Shown here: positions 1 through 6,910 of the stretch, in pieces
Layout: every line of letters begins with the position of its first letter
Position numbering within the stretch: position 1 is the stretch's first letter
Assembly: GCF_051307035.1 (NCBI RefSeq)
Contig: NZ_CP195536.1
Span: forward strand, 900,001 to 932,000
Origin: Psychrobacter sp. DM4
Lineage (GTDB): Bacteria; Pseudomonadota; Gammaproteobacteria; Pseudomonadales; Moraxellaceae
Direction of reading: 5' to 3'
DNA: 32,000 nucleotides
The notes under the pieces: generated by a model
Databases searched by the model: none
Told to the model about the DNA's origin: nothing
Seen by the model: the letters and a program-made list of their open reading frames with translations, nothing else
Position numbers and translations under genes: made by a program

Positions 1-93
1 TACTGCCTTAAAATACAAACTTTGACCATTAATTTTTGAGAACTCTTTTGGTTAATTTACGATCCTCGCTTACGAAGCGTTTGGGAATACCAC

Positions 94-120
94 AAAAAAG
101 GTAGGACTTAATCCTACCCT
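94..120 (-). terminator. Rho-independent terminator downstream of the esterase gene
   Basis: A 7-bp stem (100-106 GGTAGGA pairs with 112-118 TCCTACC) with a 5-nt loop. On the minus strand it is followed by T6 (complement of A94-A99). It lies about 35 nt past the stop at 154. Confidence 0.7.
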
Positions 121-153
121 CTAAGTATTCGCTTAAAAATAATCGCCCAACAA

Positions 154-1200
154 TTATTTTGTAAAATTGTCTTTTAGAAAATTTGCAGCTTCAGTGATTG
201 CGGTCGTGGTGGCAGGTGTCTGCGCTAAAGGGTTAAGCATCACAAAATCATGGGTTGTAAAATCATAACGTGTACTTTGTGTTTTTACGCCAGCGAGAGT
301 CAATTTAGAGGCAAAAGCTTCGCCTTCATCACGCAATACATCGTTGGCATCAGTAATGACCAGTGCTGGTGGTAGATTGCTGAGTGCAGCTTTATTGTAG
401 TTCAATGGTGAAACTCTGGGGTTTGTACTATCAACGCCTTTGGGCAAGTAAGCATTCCAAAACCATTGCATACTTGCTTTGCTAAGCCAAGGACCATCTT
501 TAAACAACTCATATGATTCGCTCGTTAAATTTGCTGTAGTAACGGGGTAGAACATAACCATTGAGTCAAGTGGTAAACCTTCAGCCTTTGCACGCACGGC
601 ACTGACTGCGACCATTTGACCGCCAACTGAATCACCTGCTATCGCTAACTGGTTGCTGTCGATACCGAACTGAGCTGCGTTCTCTGACACATATTTAAGT
701 ACGGCATAAGCCTGATTGAGCTGTACAGGATGCTGCCTCTCAGGTGCTGGGCTGTATTCGACAAAGACCATTGCTACATTTGCTTGGGTTGCTAGATCAC
801 GCATGAGCCTTTCATGAGTAGTAAAATTACCCAGTACCCAACCGCCGCCGTGGAAATAGACCACACCTGGTAGCATCTCGCCCGTCATTCCTTTTGGACG
901 CACAGTGTAGACTTTAAATTCATCACCAGAGCCAACTTGAAAAGTCACCTGTTCGACGTCAGCCGCTGGCATAGGGGTAGTCCCTTTTGTCTGAGTATCA
1001 ATCAATACTTGACGAGCCTTCTCATAAGGTAGCTGATTAATAGGAGTAGAACCTTTTAAACTATCGATAAACTGTTGCGTTGTTTTCTCTAGAACAACAA
1101 CGGGGATGTCTGTATTAGGTACAGAGATATCGTGTGCAAAACTTAATGCTGGCACAGCAAGAATAGGCATACTGAACGCTAGTGCGTGAAAGATTTTCAT
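154..1200 (-). CDS. Secreted alpha/beta-hydrolase, family IV (hormone-sensitive-lipase-like) esterase/lipase
   Basis: Oxyanion-hole motif HGGGW (VYFHGGGWVLGN), nucleophile elbow GDSVGG, and distal Asp (DANDVLRDEG) and His (THDF). N-terminal signal peptide MKIFHALAFSMPILAVPALSFA. I moved the start to ATG 1200 because AAGGA sits 7 nt upstream; the ORF track begins at TTG 1218. Confidence 0.85.
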   Translation of the reverse strand: MKIFHALAFSMPILAVPALSFAHDISVPNTDIPVVVLEKTTQQFIDSLKGSTPINQLPYEKARQVLIDTQTKGTTPMPAADVEQVTFQVGSGDEFKVYTVRPKGMTGEMLPGVVYFHGGGWVLGNFTTHERLMRDLATQANVAMVFVEYSPAPERQHPVQLNQAYAVLKYVSENAAQFGIDSNQLAIAGDSVGGQMVAVSAVRAKAEGLPLDSMVMFYPVTTANLTSESYELFKDGPWLSKASMQWFWNAYLPKGVDSTNPRVSPLNYNKAALSNLPPALVITDANDVLRDEGEAFASKLTLAGVKTQSTRYDFTTHDFVMLNPLAQTPATTTAITEAANFLKDNFTK

Positions 1201-1534
1201 ATAGATTCCTTTACTCAATGAGTAATATATAATGTTTGAGTGTTAATGGGTTGTTAGAGATGTTGCTGAAACTTCAAAATAATAAAGCAGACGTACGAAA
1301 ACGTGCAACGACTATTATAGTTAAAGAAATGCTCTACAAGCATGAATTTTAACGATTTTTACTTTACCATACCCTTACAGAATTGTTTCTTACAAAATTG
1401 TAATAAATACAGGTTCAAATTAATCTCGCGCTCGACGGTTCTTAAAAGATATCGCTCAATCGCATTTATCGTCTTTTACGATAAAAAGGTTAAAACATGG
1501 AACACAATAATATACTTAGACAATCTCTAGGCTA

Positions 1535-1566
1535 TTTTCTAACCCTATCATTTTCTAACCCTATCA
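1535..1566. repeat. Perfect 16-bp tandem duplication (TTTTCTAACCCTATCA x2)
   Basis: 1535-1550 and 1551-1566 are identical and directly adjacent. The chance expectation for a perfect 16-mer tandem in 32 kb is negligible. Confidence 0.95.
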
Positions 1567-1738
1567 ATTGTGCTGATTCGCTTAAGTGAGACACTTGGTG
1601 GCCCTAAAATCTCTATGAAAAGAGATGATAATACGGGACTCGCTCTAGACGTTAACAAAACTCGTAAACTTGAATACATCATGGGTGATGCCCTAAAACA
1701 GGACCCTGATACCATTACTGATGAGCTTTTAAGATGAT
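1543..1738 (+). pseudogene. Relic internal fragment of a PLP-dependent ACC deaminase / D-cysteine desulfhydrase family gene
   Basis: The open frame translates to [64 protein letters not shown]. This matches the family hallmark KRDD-x-TGLA-x-GGNK-x-RKLE-[YF]...DAL...DT-[LI]-[IV]-T around the PLP lysine, with GG replaced by DV. Only about 65 codons are open, against roughly 330 aa expected. There is no credible start or RBS, and the stop comes immediately after DTIT. Confidence 0.65.
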
Positions 1739-1799
1739 ATTTGATATTTTCGGTTGCTCTTGCTGGGCTATATAGATTCTAAAATATTCATCAAATGGC

Positions 1800-1834
1800 A
1801 AAAAGCCCGCTGATACTATATCGGCGGGCTTTTT
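1800..1834. terminator. Bidirectional rho-independent terminator (orphaned: no intact gene on either side)
   Basis: A 12-bp stem (1804-1815 AGCCCGCTGATA pairs with 1819-1830 TATCGGCGGGCT, including one G-U pair) with a 3-nt loop. It is flanked by A5 (1800-1804) and T5 (1830-1834). Confidence 0.8.
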
Positions 1835-2518
1835 GCTATATGCGTTACGAGCGAACAATAGTGTATGCTATAAAATACTCATTTTTACTCTATAAAGGTA
1901 TCTATTATAAAGCGTGTAGCCCAAATACAGCCATTGTCCCGCCCGCATCATCTAGGTCCCAGCGTATCTCGTCATGCCAAAAAGTGCCTCGATACACCGC
2001 AGGATATCAGCAAGCATTGGTACAATTTGAGCGCTTATCTTGATAGCATGAACAGTCACTTTGATATCGGACAGCATTTAATTGTGACAGTTTTGGAGCC
2101 TTATCGAGAATCACACTCCAAAGTGGCAGCGGCACTTATTGCGCTGGACGAACCGCATAAACGGCTACGTATATTTTTATTCGAGCCAACAAGCGCAGGG
2201 TAGTATTTATGACGCAAGCGCAGACAAGGTCAAACGTATAGATGAGAGTCGCTAGAGTAGAGGTCATTGGCTTTAGTTGTGCTGTTCATGCCATAGCGTA
2301 TCACCATGATCTTGCTAAAGATTATCAAACGTGACTTATACATAGGGAGCGATTGACACATAGAATAACTCAAACTAAGCAAAGACAAAGGCTAAAGAGA
2401 GTCATCTATCTCTTGGAGATAACGTTACTGTTTTTGTGGTCATAACAGAATCTTTACAACCTAAAAGCGATACTCCATTCTTTACTACAAAATCACTATT
2501 CGATAGTAGGGTCAGTCT

Positions 2519-2527
2519 TGGCATAAT
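2519..2527 (+). promoter_or_regulatory. Candidate extended -10 promoter for the DedA gene
   Basis: TGgCATAAT fits the extended -10 pattern TGnTATAAT and lies about 40 nt upstream of ATG 2566. This is a motif match only. Confidence 0.25.
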
Positions 2528-2565
2528 CGCGTGGCTTGGCTTACGAAATATTAGAGGATACCGTC

Positions 2566-3177
2566 ATGGGTCAAATCAGCGAGTGGGTTCTATCGATTAT
2601 GGCCAAGTTTGGCTATTTTGGCATCATATTTGCGATGTTTGCTGAAAATGTTTTTCCGCCCATACCGTCTGAAGTTATTATGCCTGCTGCGGGTTTTGCT
2701 GCCTCAAAAGGAGATCTAAGCTTGATATTGGTCATCGGCGCAGGAACGCTGGGCGCGGTACTTGGGGCGCTACCTTTGTACTATTTAGGGCATATATTTG
2801 ACAAGCAGCGCCTAGTGTCATTTACAGATAATTATGGCAAGTATGTATTTGTGAAAGCCGATGATGTGATATCTGCCAATGACTGGTTTGATCGTCATGG
2901 CAAGATGGCAGTATTCTTTGGAAGAATGGTACCTGGAGTGCGTTCGCTCATCTCTATACCTGCTGGCATGAGTAAGATGCCAATGCTTCCATTTTTACTA
3001 CTGACCGCACTAGGTTCAAGTATTTGGGCAACGATATTGACACTAGCAGGATATTACCTAGGTCAAAATTATGAAGTCATCGAAGGAGTACTTGCACCTT
3101 ATTCTAAGATAATTGTCATACTATTCATAATCGTTATCATAGGGATCATTATAAAACGGCGCATAAGTGACAAATAA
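2566..3177 (+). CDS. DedA-family inner-membrane protein
   Basis: DedA signature stretches FAENVFPPIPSEVIMPAAG and GRMVPGVRSLISIPAGM, with several hydrophobic helices. Start placed at ATG 2566 because GAGGA sits 8 nt upstream. Confidence 0.85.
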   Translation: MGQISEWVLSIMAKFGYFGIIFAMFAENVFPPIPSEVIMPAAGFAASKGDLSLILVIGAGTLGAVLGALPLYYLGHIFDKQRLVSFTDNYGKYVFVKADDVISANDWFDRHGKMAVFFGRMVPGVRSLISIPAGMSKMPMLPFLLLTALGSSIWATILTLAGYYLGQNYEVIEGVLAPYSKIIVILFIIVIIGIIIKRRISDK

Positions 3178-3263
3178 AGTCAGAAAATACTAACAAATGT
3201 TCCTCAATTCTCTCTTTAACTTATTGATAACTATAAATAAAAATAAATTTGTAAATAGCAAAG

Positions 3264-3289
3264 CTATCCGCATAAACGGATGTTTTTTA
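3264..3289 (+). terminator. Rho-independent terminator after the DedA gene
   Basis: TATCCG (3265-3270) pairs with CGGATG (3277-3282), giving a 6-bp stem with one G-U pair and a 6-nt loop, followed by T6 (3283-3288). Confidence 0.5.
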
Positions 3290-3410
3290 TATTATATTTT
3301 GAATATTAGGTCTTGGGACGTGGCTATATATAGCTTAAAGACTTATCGGGTAAAACAAAAGACATCAAAACGAACTGAAAACACGTTGATCGATCCTAAT
3401 ATGTGAGAGT

Positions 3411-3419
3411 TGGTATCAT
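3411..3419 (+). promoter_or_regulatory. Candidate extended -10 promoter for the ADH/SMP-30 operon
   Basis: TGgTATCAT lies about 63 nt upstream of ATG 3482. A 6-bp inverted repeat ACGAGT...ACTCGT (3436-3466) lies between it and the start codon. This is a motif match only. Confidence 0.25.
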
Positions 3420-3481
3420 AATTGCTTGTATTTAAACGAGTAAAAATTGTGTTATAAATAACTCGTCTACTAATATCAAGG

Positions 3482-4654
3482 ATGAATGGGGTGACAGGAC
3501 TAGAATTCTATACCAACGGTCATATTATCAGTGAAGCTGGCAGTATGAGCCAAAAACTAGGTACTTTAGCCAAGCAATACAACACCTCGTCGGCGCTTAT
3601 TGTGACTGATGCTGGTATTGAAGAGTTAGGTTATGTCGACATTGCTATCCAATCATTAGAAGCTTCTGGTATTCAGGTCGTTGTATACCGTGATGTCGTA
3701 GCAGATCCACCTACTGAAGTTGTCAATGAGGCGATAGCATTAGCAAGACAGCATCAGTCTGACCTTATTATTGGTCTAGGCGGTGGTAGCTCCATTGATA
3801 CCGCAAAGATCGTAGCATTATATCCAAATGATTTTGAGTGTATTACTGATATTTTGGATATGAGCTTAGAGGGTTTTAACAAGCGACCACTCTTTGCTAT
3901 ACCGACTACCGCAGGTACAGGGGCTGAAGCCACTTTTGTATCTGTTATCACTGCCAAAGATGGCAGTAAAAAAGCTATCTATACGCCCAAAATTCTTCCT
4001 GATGTCGCGCTTTTAGATGCCACTTTAACGCTCAAACTGCCTCGCCATATCACTGCCGCCACCGCTCTTGATGCTATGGTACATTGTATCGAAGCCTATA
4101 CCAGTCGTACCAAAAAAAATCCTATGTCTGATGCTTTTGCTATTAAAGGATTGCAGATGCTATGGAACAATTTTGAGCGAGCGTTAAATCATGGCGATGA
4201 TATCGATGCTCGTTCTGAGATGTTGTTAGGCTCAACGCTTGCAGGTATTGCTTTTGTCAACTCATCGGTTGCAGCGGTTCATGGTTTGTCTTATCCGCTA
4301 AGTATAACCTTTCATATTCCACATGGCCATGCCAATGCATTGGTTATGGGAGCCGTCTTTTCTTTTAATTTATCAAAAGCTGCGCCGCTTTATGCAGAAC
4401 TGGCTCGTGCGGTTATGCCTACGCAAACTGCTAATAAAAATGATACGCAAGCAGCAACATTGTTTATTGAGCAATTAAAATACTTTTTAACCTCAAGTGG
4501 TCTTCAGTACCGTTTGCGTGATCTCAACATTACCAAGAGCGATGTTCCTGCATTGGTAGATATTGTCATTGACACCTACGCGCGCCTCATAGCAACCAAT
4601 CCAAAAGGTATGACGCGGGCAGAAGTGACGTCCATGTATGAAGAAATACTATAA
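3482..4654 (+). CDS. Iron-containing (group III) alcohol dehydrogenase family oxidoreductase
   Basis: NAD(P)-binding GGGSSIDTAK motif, and metal-ligand pattern LDAMVHCIEAY ... VHGLSYPLSITFHIPHGHANA. Length of 390 aa is typical of Fe-ADH. Confidence 0.9.
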   Translation: MNGVTGLEFYTNGHIISEAGSMSQKLGTLAKQYNTSSALIVTDAGIEELGYVDIAIQSLEASGIQVVVYRDVVADPPTEVVNEAIALARQHQSDLIIGLGGGSSIDTAKIVALYPNDFECITDILDMSLEGFNKRPLFAIPTTAGTGAEATFVSVITAKDGSKKAIYTPKILPDVALLDATLTLKLPRHITAATALDAMVHCIEAYTSRTKKNPMSDAFAIKGLQMLWNNFERALNHGDDIDARSEMLLGSTLAGIAFVNSSVAAVHGLSYPLSITFHIPHGHANALVMGAVFSFNLSKAAPLYAELARAVMPTQTANKNDTQAATLFIEQLKYFLTSSGLQYRLRDLNITKSDVPALVDIVIDTYARLIATNPKGMTRAEVTSMYEEIL

Positions 4655-4694
4655 TAAATTTTAGATATTTACCTATGAGTCAAGGAAAATAATT

Positions 4695-5594
4695 ATGTCA
4701 AAATACGAGATAGATGTGGTGGTAGATGGCTTTCACTATTTAGAAGGTCCACGCTGGTACAAAGATGCCTTGTGGTTCGTCGATTTTTATACCAAAGGTG
4801 TGTACCGTGTCAATGACGCAGGAGACGCTGAAAAAATCGTCCATATCGAAGATCAACCTTCAGGTTTGGGCTGGTTGCCTGATGGACGCATGCTAGTGGT
4901 CTCGATGAAAGACCGCAAAGTGTTGCGCTTAGAGAACGATGGCGAGTTGGTCGTTCATGCCGATATATGGGAGCATTGCGGCGGTCACGCCAACGATATG
5001 GTCGTGGCAATGAATGGCAATGCTTATGTGGGCAATTTTGGTTTTGATCTGATGAGCGGCGAGGATCACAAAGATACAGGTTTGGTATTAGTCAGACCTG
5101 ACGGTAGCTCGCAAGTGGTCGCCCAAGGTTTGTCCTTTCCAAACGGTATGGTCATCTCTGCTGACGAGAAAACCTTGATTGTCAACGAGCTATTTGGTAA
5201 TAGAATCTCGCAGTTTGATGTCCATGAGGATGGTACGCTTGGGGAAAGACGAGACTTTGCTAGCTTCGGTGCGCTTGGCGATGAGCCTAATCTTAGTAAG
5301 CGTATTGAGCGCGCTAAGATCTTACCCGATGGCCTAACCTTAGATAAAGAAGGCGCGGTTTGGATCGCTGATACCCTAAATCACCGTGTTGCTCGCATCA
5401 AAGAGGGTGGCGAGATACTTGAGGTTGTAGAGACTGCACCTGAAGGTATCTTTGCGGTGACGCTTGGAGGAGCCGATGGCAAAACACTATTTATGTGCGC
5501 TGCCCTCGACTGGGACGAAGAATCACGTAAGGCTGAAACTAAAGGGCGTATGCTATCGACGAGAGTTGACGTCGCTCATGATGGTACGCCTTGA
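4695..5594 (+). CDS. SMP-30/gluconolactonase/LRE-like beta-propeller protein (putative lactonase)
   Basis: N-terminal YLEGPRW...LWFVD, with repeated propeller-blade patterns (PSGLGWLPDGRMLV, NDMVV..NGNAYVGNFG, FPNGMVIS, PDGLTLDKEGAVWIAD). AAGGA RBS present. It starts 40 nt after the ADH stop, so it is probably in the same operon. Confidence 0.8.
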   Translation: MSKYEIDVVVDGFHYLEGPRWYKDALWFVDFYTKGVYRVNDAGDAEKIVHIEDQPSGLGWLPDGRMLVVSMKDRKVLRLENDGELVVHADIWEHCGGHANDMVVAMNGNAYVGNFGFDLMSGEDHKDTGLVLVRPDGSSQVVAQGLSFPNGMVISADEKTLIVNELFGNRISQFDVHEDGTLGERRDFASFGALGDEPNLSKRIERAKILPDGLTLDKEGAVWIADTLNHRVARIKEGGEILEVVETAPEGIFAVTLGGADGKTLFMCAALDWDEESRKAETKGRMLSTRVDVAHDGTP

Positions 5595-5619
5595 TCAACG
5601 GCTAAACACTGACTGTTTT

Positions 5620-5667
5620 ACCTACTAAAAAAGCAACGACAGTGATGTGGTTGCTTTTTTAGTAGGT
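5620..5667. terminator. Strong hairpin terminator after the SMP-30-like gene
   Basis: A perfect 18-bp stem (5620-5637 ACCTACTAAAAAAGCAAC pairs with 5650-5667 GTTGCTTTTTTAGTAGGT) with a 12-nt loop. The inner GCAAC/GTTGC core is followed by T6. Confidence 0.85.
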
Positions 5668-5815
5668 AAAGACATAGCCGTTATAGACGGTTCTATAAAT
5701 ACCACATACCCTAAATTAACGCATAATCGCTGTTACATGTCTTGTTTTGTTGCTTAATTTGAAGCAATATGAGAGGTCATTTGTGTGAAGCCATAACCAA
5801 CAAGGATGTTTTATT

Positions 5816-6550
5816 ATGTCTAAAAATACTACCTTTTTATCCGGCAACCTCATACTAAAATCAGTAGTACTAGGCGCCTCGTTAGTTGCCCTGTTAACCA
5901 GCTCAGGCTGCGCGACCAATTCCTTATTGCAAGATAACAATAGGGTCAGCGAGCGCTCCGTTAAGACGATGTTATCGCAAGGTCAGATCGTCGCTTTTGG
6001 TCGTCCTGCGCAGGCGCTACCTAAAACGCCGAATGCAACCATGGTTATCGTCGGTGAAAAAAACAGCTACGTTCTGACTCAAGGCGGCTCTGAGATGGTC
6101 AATCTATTGACCAATCTAACTCCAAAGAACATTCAAGTCGAAAACGATATGAGCTTCACTGTGCCGAACAACGATGGCTATTTTCAAGGACAGATGAAGC
6201 TGTCTTATGCCAAGCTAAAAGATGAGTTTAGCCGCACAGATTATCAGTTCTTTTTACAAAATGGTGGGCAAGATTGCACCTCTGTCAGTGATACCCGTAT
6301 TAATGCACAGCGATTTTGCTTTACTGTGCCAGTAAAAGGCGCCATCTATCCACAAGTGAGCAACTTGAGCATGATTCAATCGCAGTATCGTGCCTTGAGC
6401 AAACCGTATACCGTGACGTTCTATGGTCAGACGCAGCAGACCCAAGTCAATTCAGGTGGTACAAGCACCGCAGGTAAGCTAGTATTACTACCCTTCGCGC
6501 TAGCCTTTGACGTCGTGACTTTTCCAATACAGTTATTAGATAGTATTTAA
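5816..6550 (+). CDS. Predicted lipoprotein of unknown function
   Basis: Signal peptide with a lipobox-like LLTSSGC (Cys32). AAGGA RBS 9 nt upstream. Two further Cys (DCTSVSDTRINAQRFC) and a hydrophobic C-terminal segment, GKLVLLPFALAFDVVTFPIQLL. I recognise no family motif. Confidence 0.7.
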   Translation: MSKNTTFLSGNLILKSVVLGASLVALLTSSGCATNSLLQDNNRVSERSVKTMLSQGQIVAFGRPAQALPKTPNATMVIVGEKNSYVLTQGGSEMVNLLTNLTPKNIQVENDMSFTVPNNDGYFQGQMKLSYAKLKDEFSRTDYQFFLQNGGQDCTSVSDTRINAQRFCFTVPVKGAIYPQVSNLSMIQSQYRALSKPYTVTFYGQTQQTQVNSGGTSTAGKLVLLPFALAFDVVTFPIQLLDSI

Positions 6551-6574
6551 AGTAAAGCTGACTCAATAACTCTC

Positions 6575-6614
6575 AGCTGCCGATCTTGTATAAAGAGATT
6601 GGCAGCTTTTTTTT
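6575..6614 (+). terminator. Rho-independent terminator after the lipoprotein gene
   Basis: A 12-bp stem (6575-6586 pairs with 6596-6607, one G-U pair) with a 9-nt loop, followed by T8 (6607-6614). Confidence 0.85.
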
Positions 6615-6723
6615 AATTAAATTTAACTCGTTAAATCAGTACGACAAATCGAAAAAATTAGAAAGTATGACTGTTGTCGATAACGAAGGATGTCTGATTA
6701 TAACAGCGCCTGTGATACCGAGT

Positions 6724-6739
6724 ATGTCACTAGTGACAT
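6724..6739. repeat. Perfect 16-bp palindrome ATGTCACTAGTGACAT (function unknown)
   Basis: Exact self-complementarity read directly from the sequence. About 0.5 such palindromes are expected by chance in 32 kb (32000/4^8), so it may not be functional. Confidence 0.4.
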
Positions 6740-6792
6740 GCTATGGCAGTTGCCGTAACGCAAAATAAAAACCTAAAATTAGGATAAAGTAT

Positions 6793-6818
6793 CGGTCTAT
6801 TAATGGGCCGTTTTTTTT
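6793..6818 (+). terminator. Candidate second terminator-like hairpin in the folD upstream spacer
   Basis: CGGTCT (6793-6798) pairs with GGGCCG (6805-6810), a 6-bp stem with two G-U pairs and a 6-nt loop, followed by T8 (6811-6818). Confidence 0.4.
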
Positions 6819-6910
6819 GTCTCAAAAGTAAGCACGTAACATGCCCTAGGATTTTGTAGCGCGGGCAGGTACAATATCTCCTTAAATAAATCGCTATTTT
6901 TGGAGTCTTC

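Noticed and set aside
61-70. 10-mer GATCCTCGCT shared between positions 61-70 and 10549-10558 as a possible dispersed repeat
   Set aside because: The flanking sequences do not align beyond the 10-mer. A single shared 10-mer in 32 kb (both strands) is within chance expectation.
1342-1530. 62-aa ORF in the AT-rich esterase upstream region (the same applies to 3197-3406, 69 aa)
   Set aside because: The translation is low-complexity and rich in Phe, Asn, Ile and Lys, as expected from AT-rich non-coding DNA. There is no RBS, and 3197-3406 runs across the dedA terminator hairpin. Both are probably spurious.
1795-2203. Overlapping + strand ORFs 1795-2043 and 1934-2203
   Set aside because: The first begins inside and reads through the 1800-1834 terminator hairpin. 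The two overlap out of frame, and neither has an RBS or a recognisable motif. The interval is treated as decayed or non-coding.
2436-2645. 69-aa ORF overlapping the dedA start
   Set aside because: It is out of frame with the well-supported DedA CDS and overlaps it by about 80 nt. It has no RBS and no recognisable motif.
3754-3957. Antisense or alternative-frame ORFs nested in confident genes: 3754-3957, 4810-5010, 5716-5940, 6254-6445, 6940-7203, 8954-9157, 9655-9861, 11205-11786 (three ORFs), 12171-12383, 12541-12732, 13499-13693, 15920-16171, 16242-16574, 16277-16465, 16980-17198, 17638-17880, 18214-18444, 18956-19174, 19968-20247, 21660-22167, 22521-22879, 24583-24846, 29121-29318, 30724-30915, 31012-31203
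   Set aside because: Each lies wholly or mostly inside a longer ORF that has strong family motifs. All have Arg/Ser/Cys-rich or otherwise atypical composition and no RBS. These are shadow ORFs.
6724-6739. Perfect 16-bp palindrome as a stand-alone operator call
   Set aside because: About 0.5 perfect 16-bp palindromes are expected by chance in 32 kb, and the site is about 170 bp from the nearest start codon. It is kept only as a descriptive feature and as part of the spacer finding.
6780-6910. Possible riboswitch (ZTP/pfl or THF class) in the folD leader
   Set aside because: I looked for the conserved cores I remember (for example the CCGCCTGGGC-type 3' element of ZTP). I saw only an unrelated GCGCGGGCAGG. 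Without a covariance-model scan I cannot support a riboswitch call.
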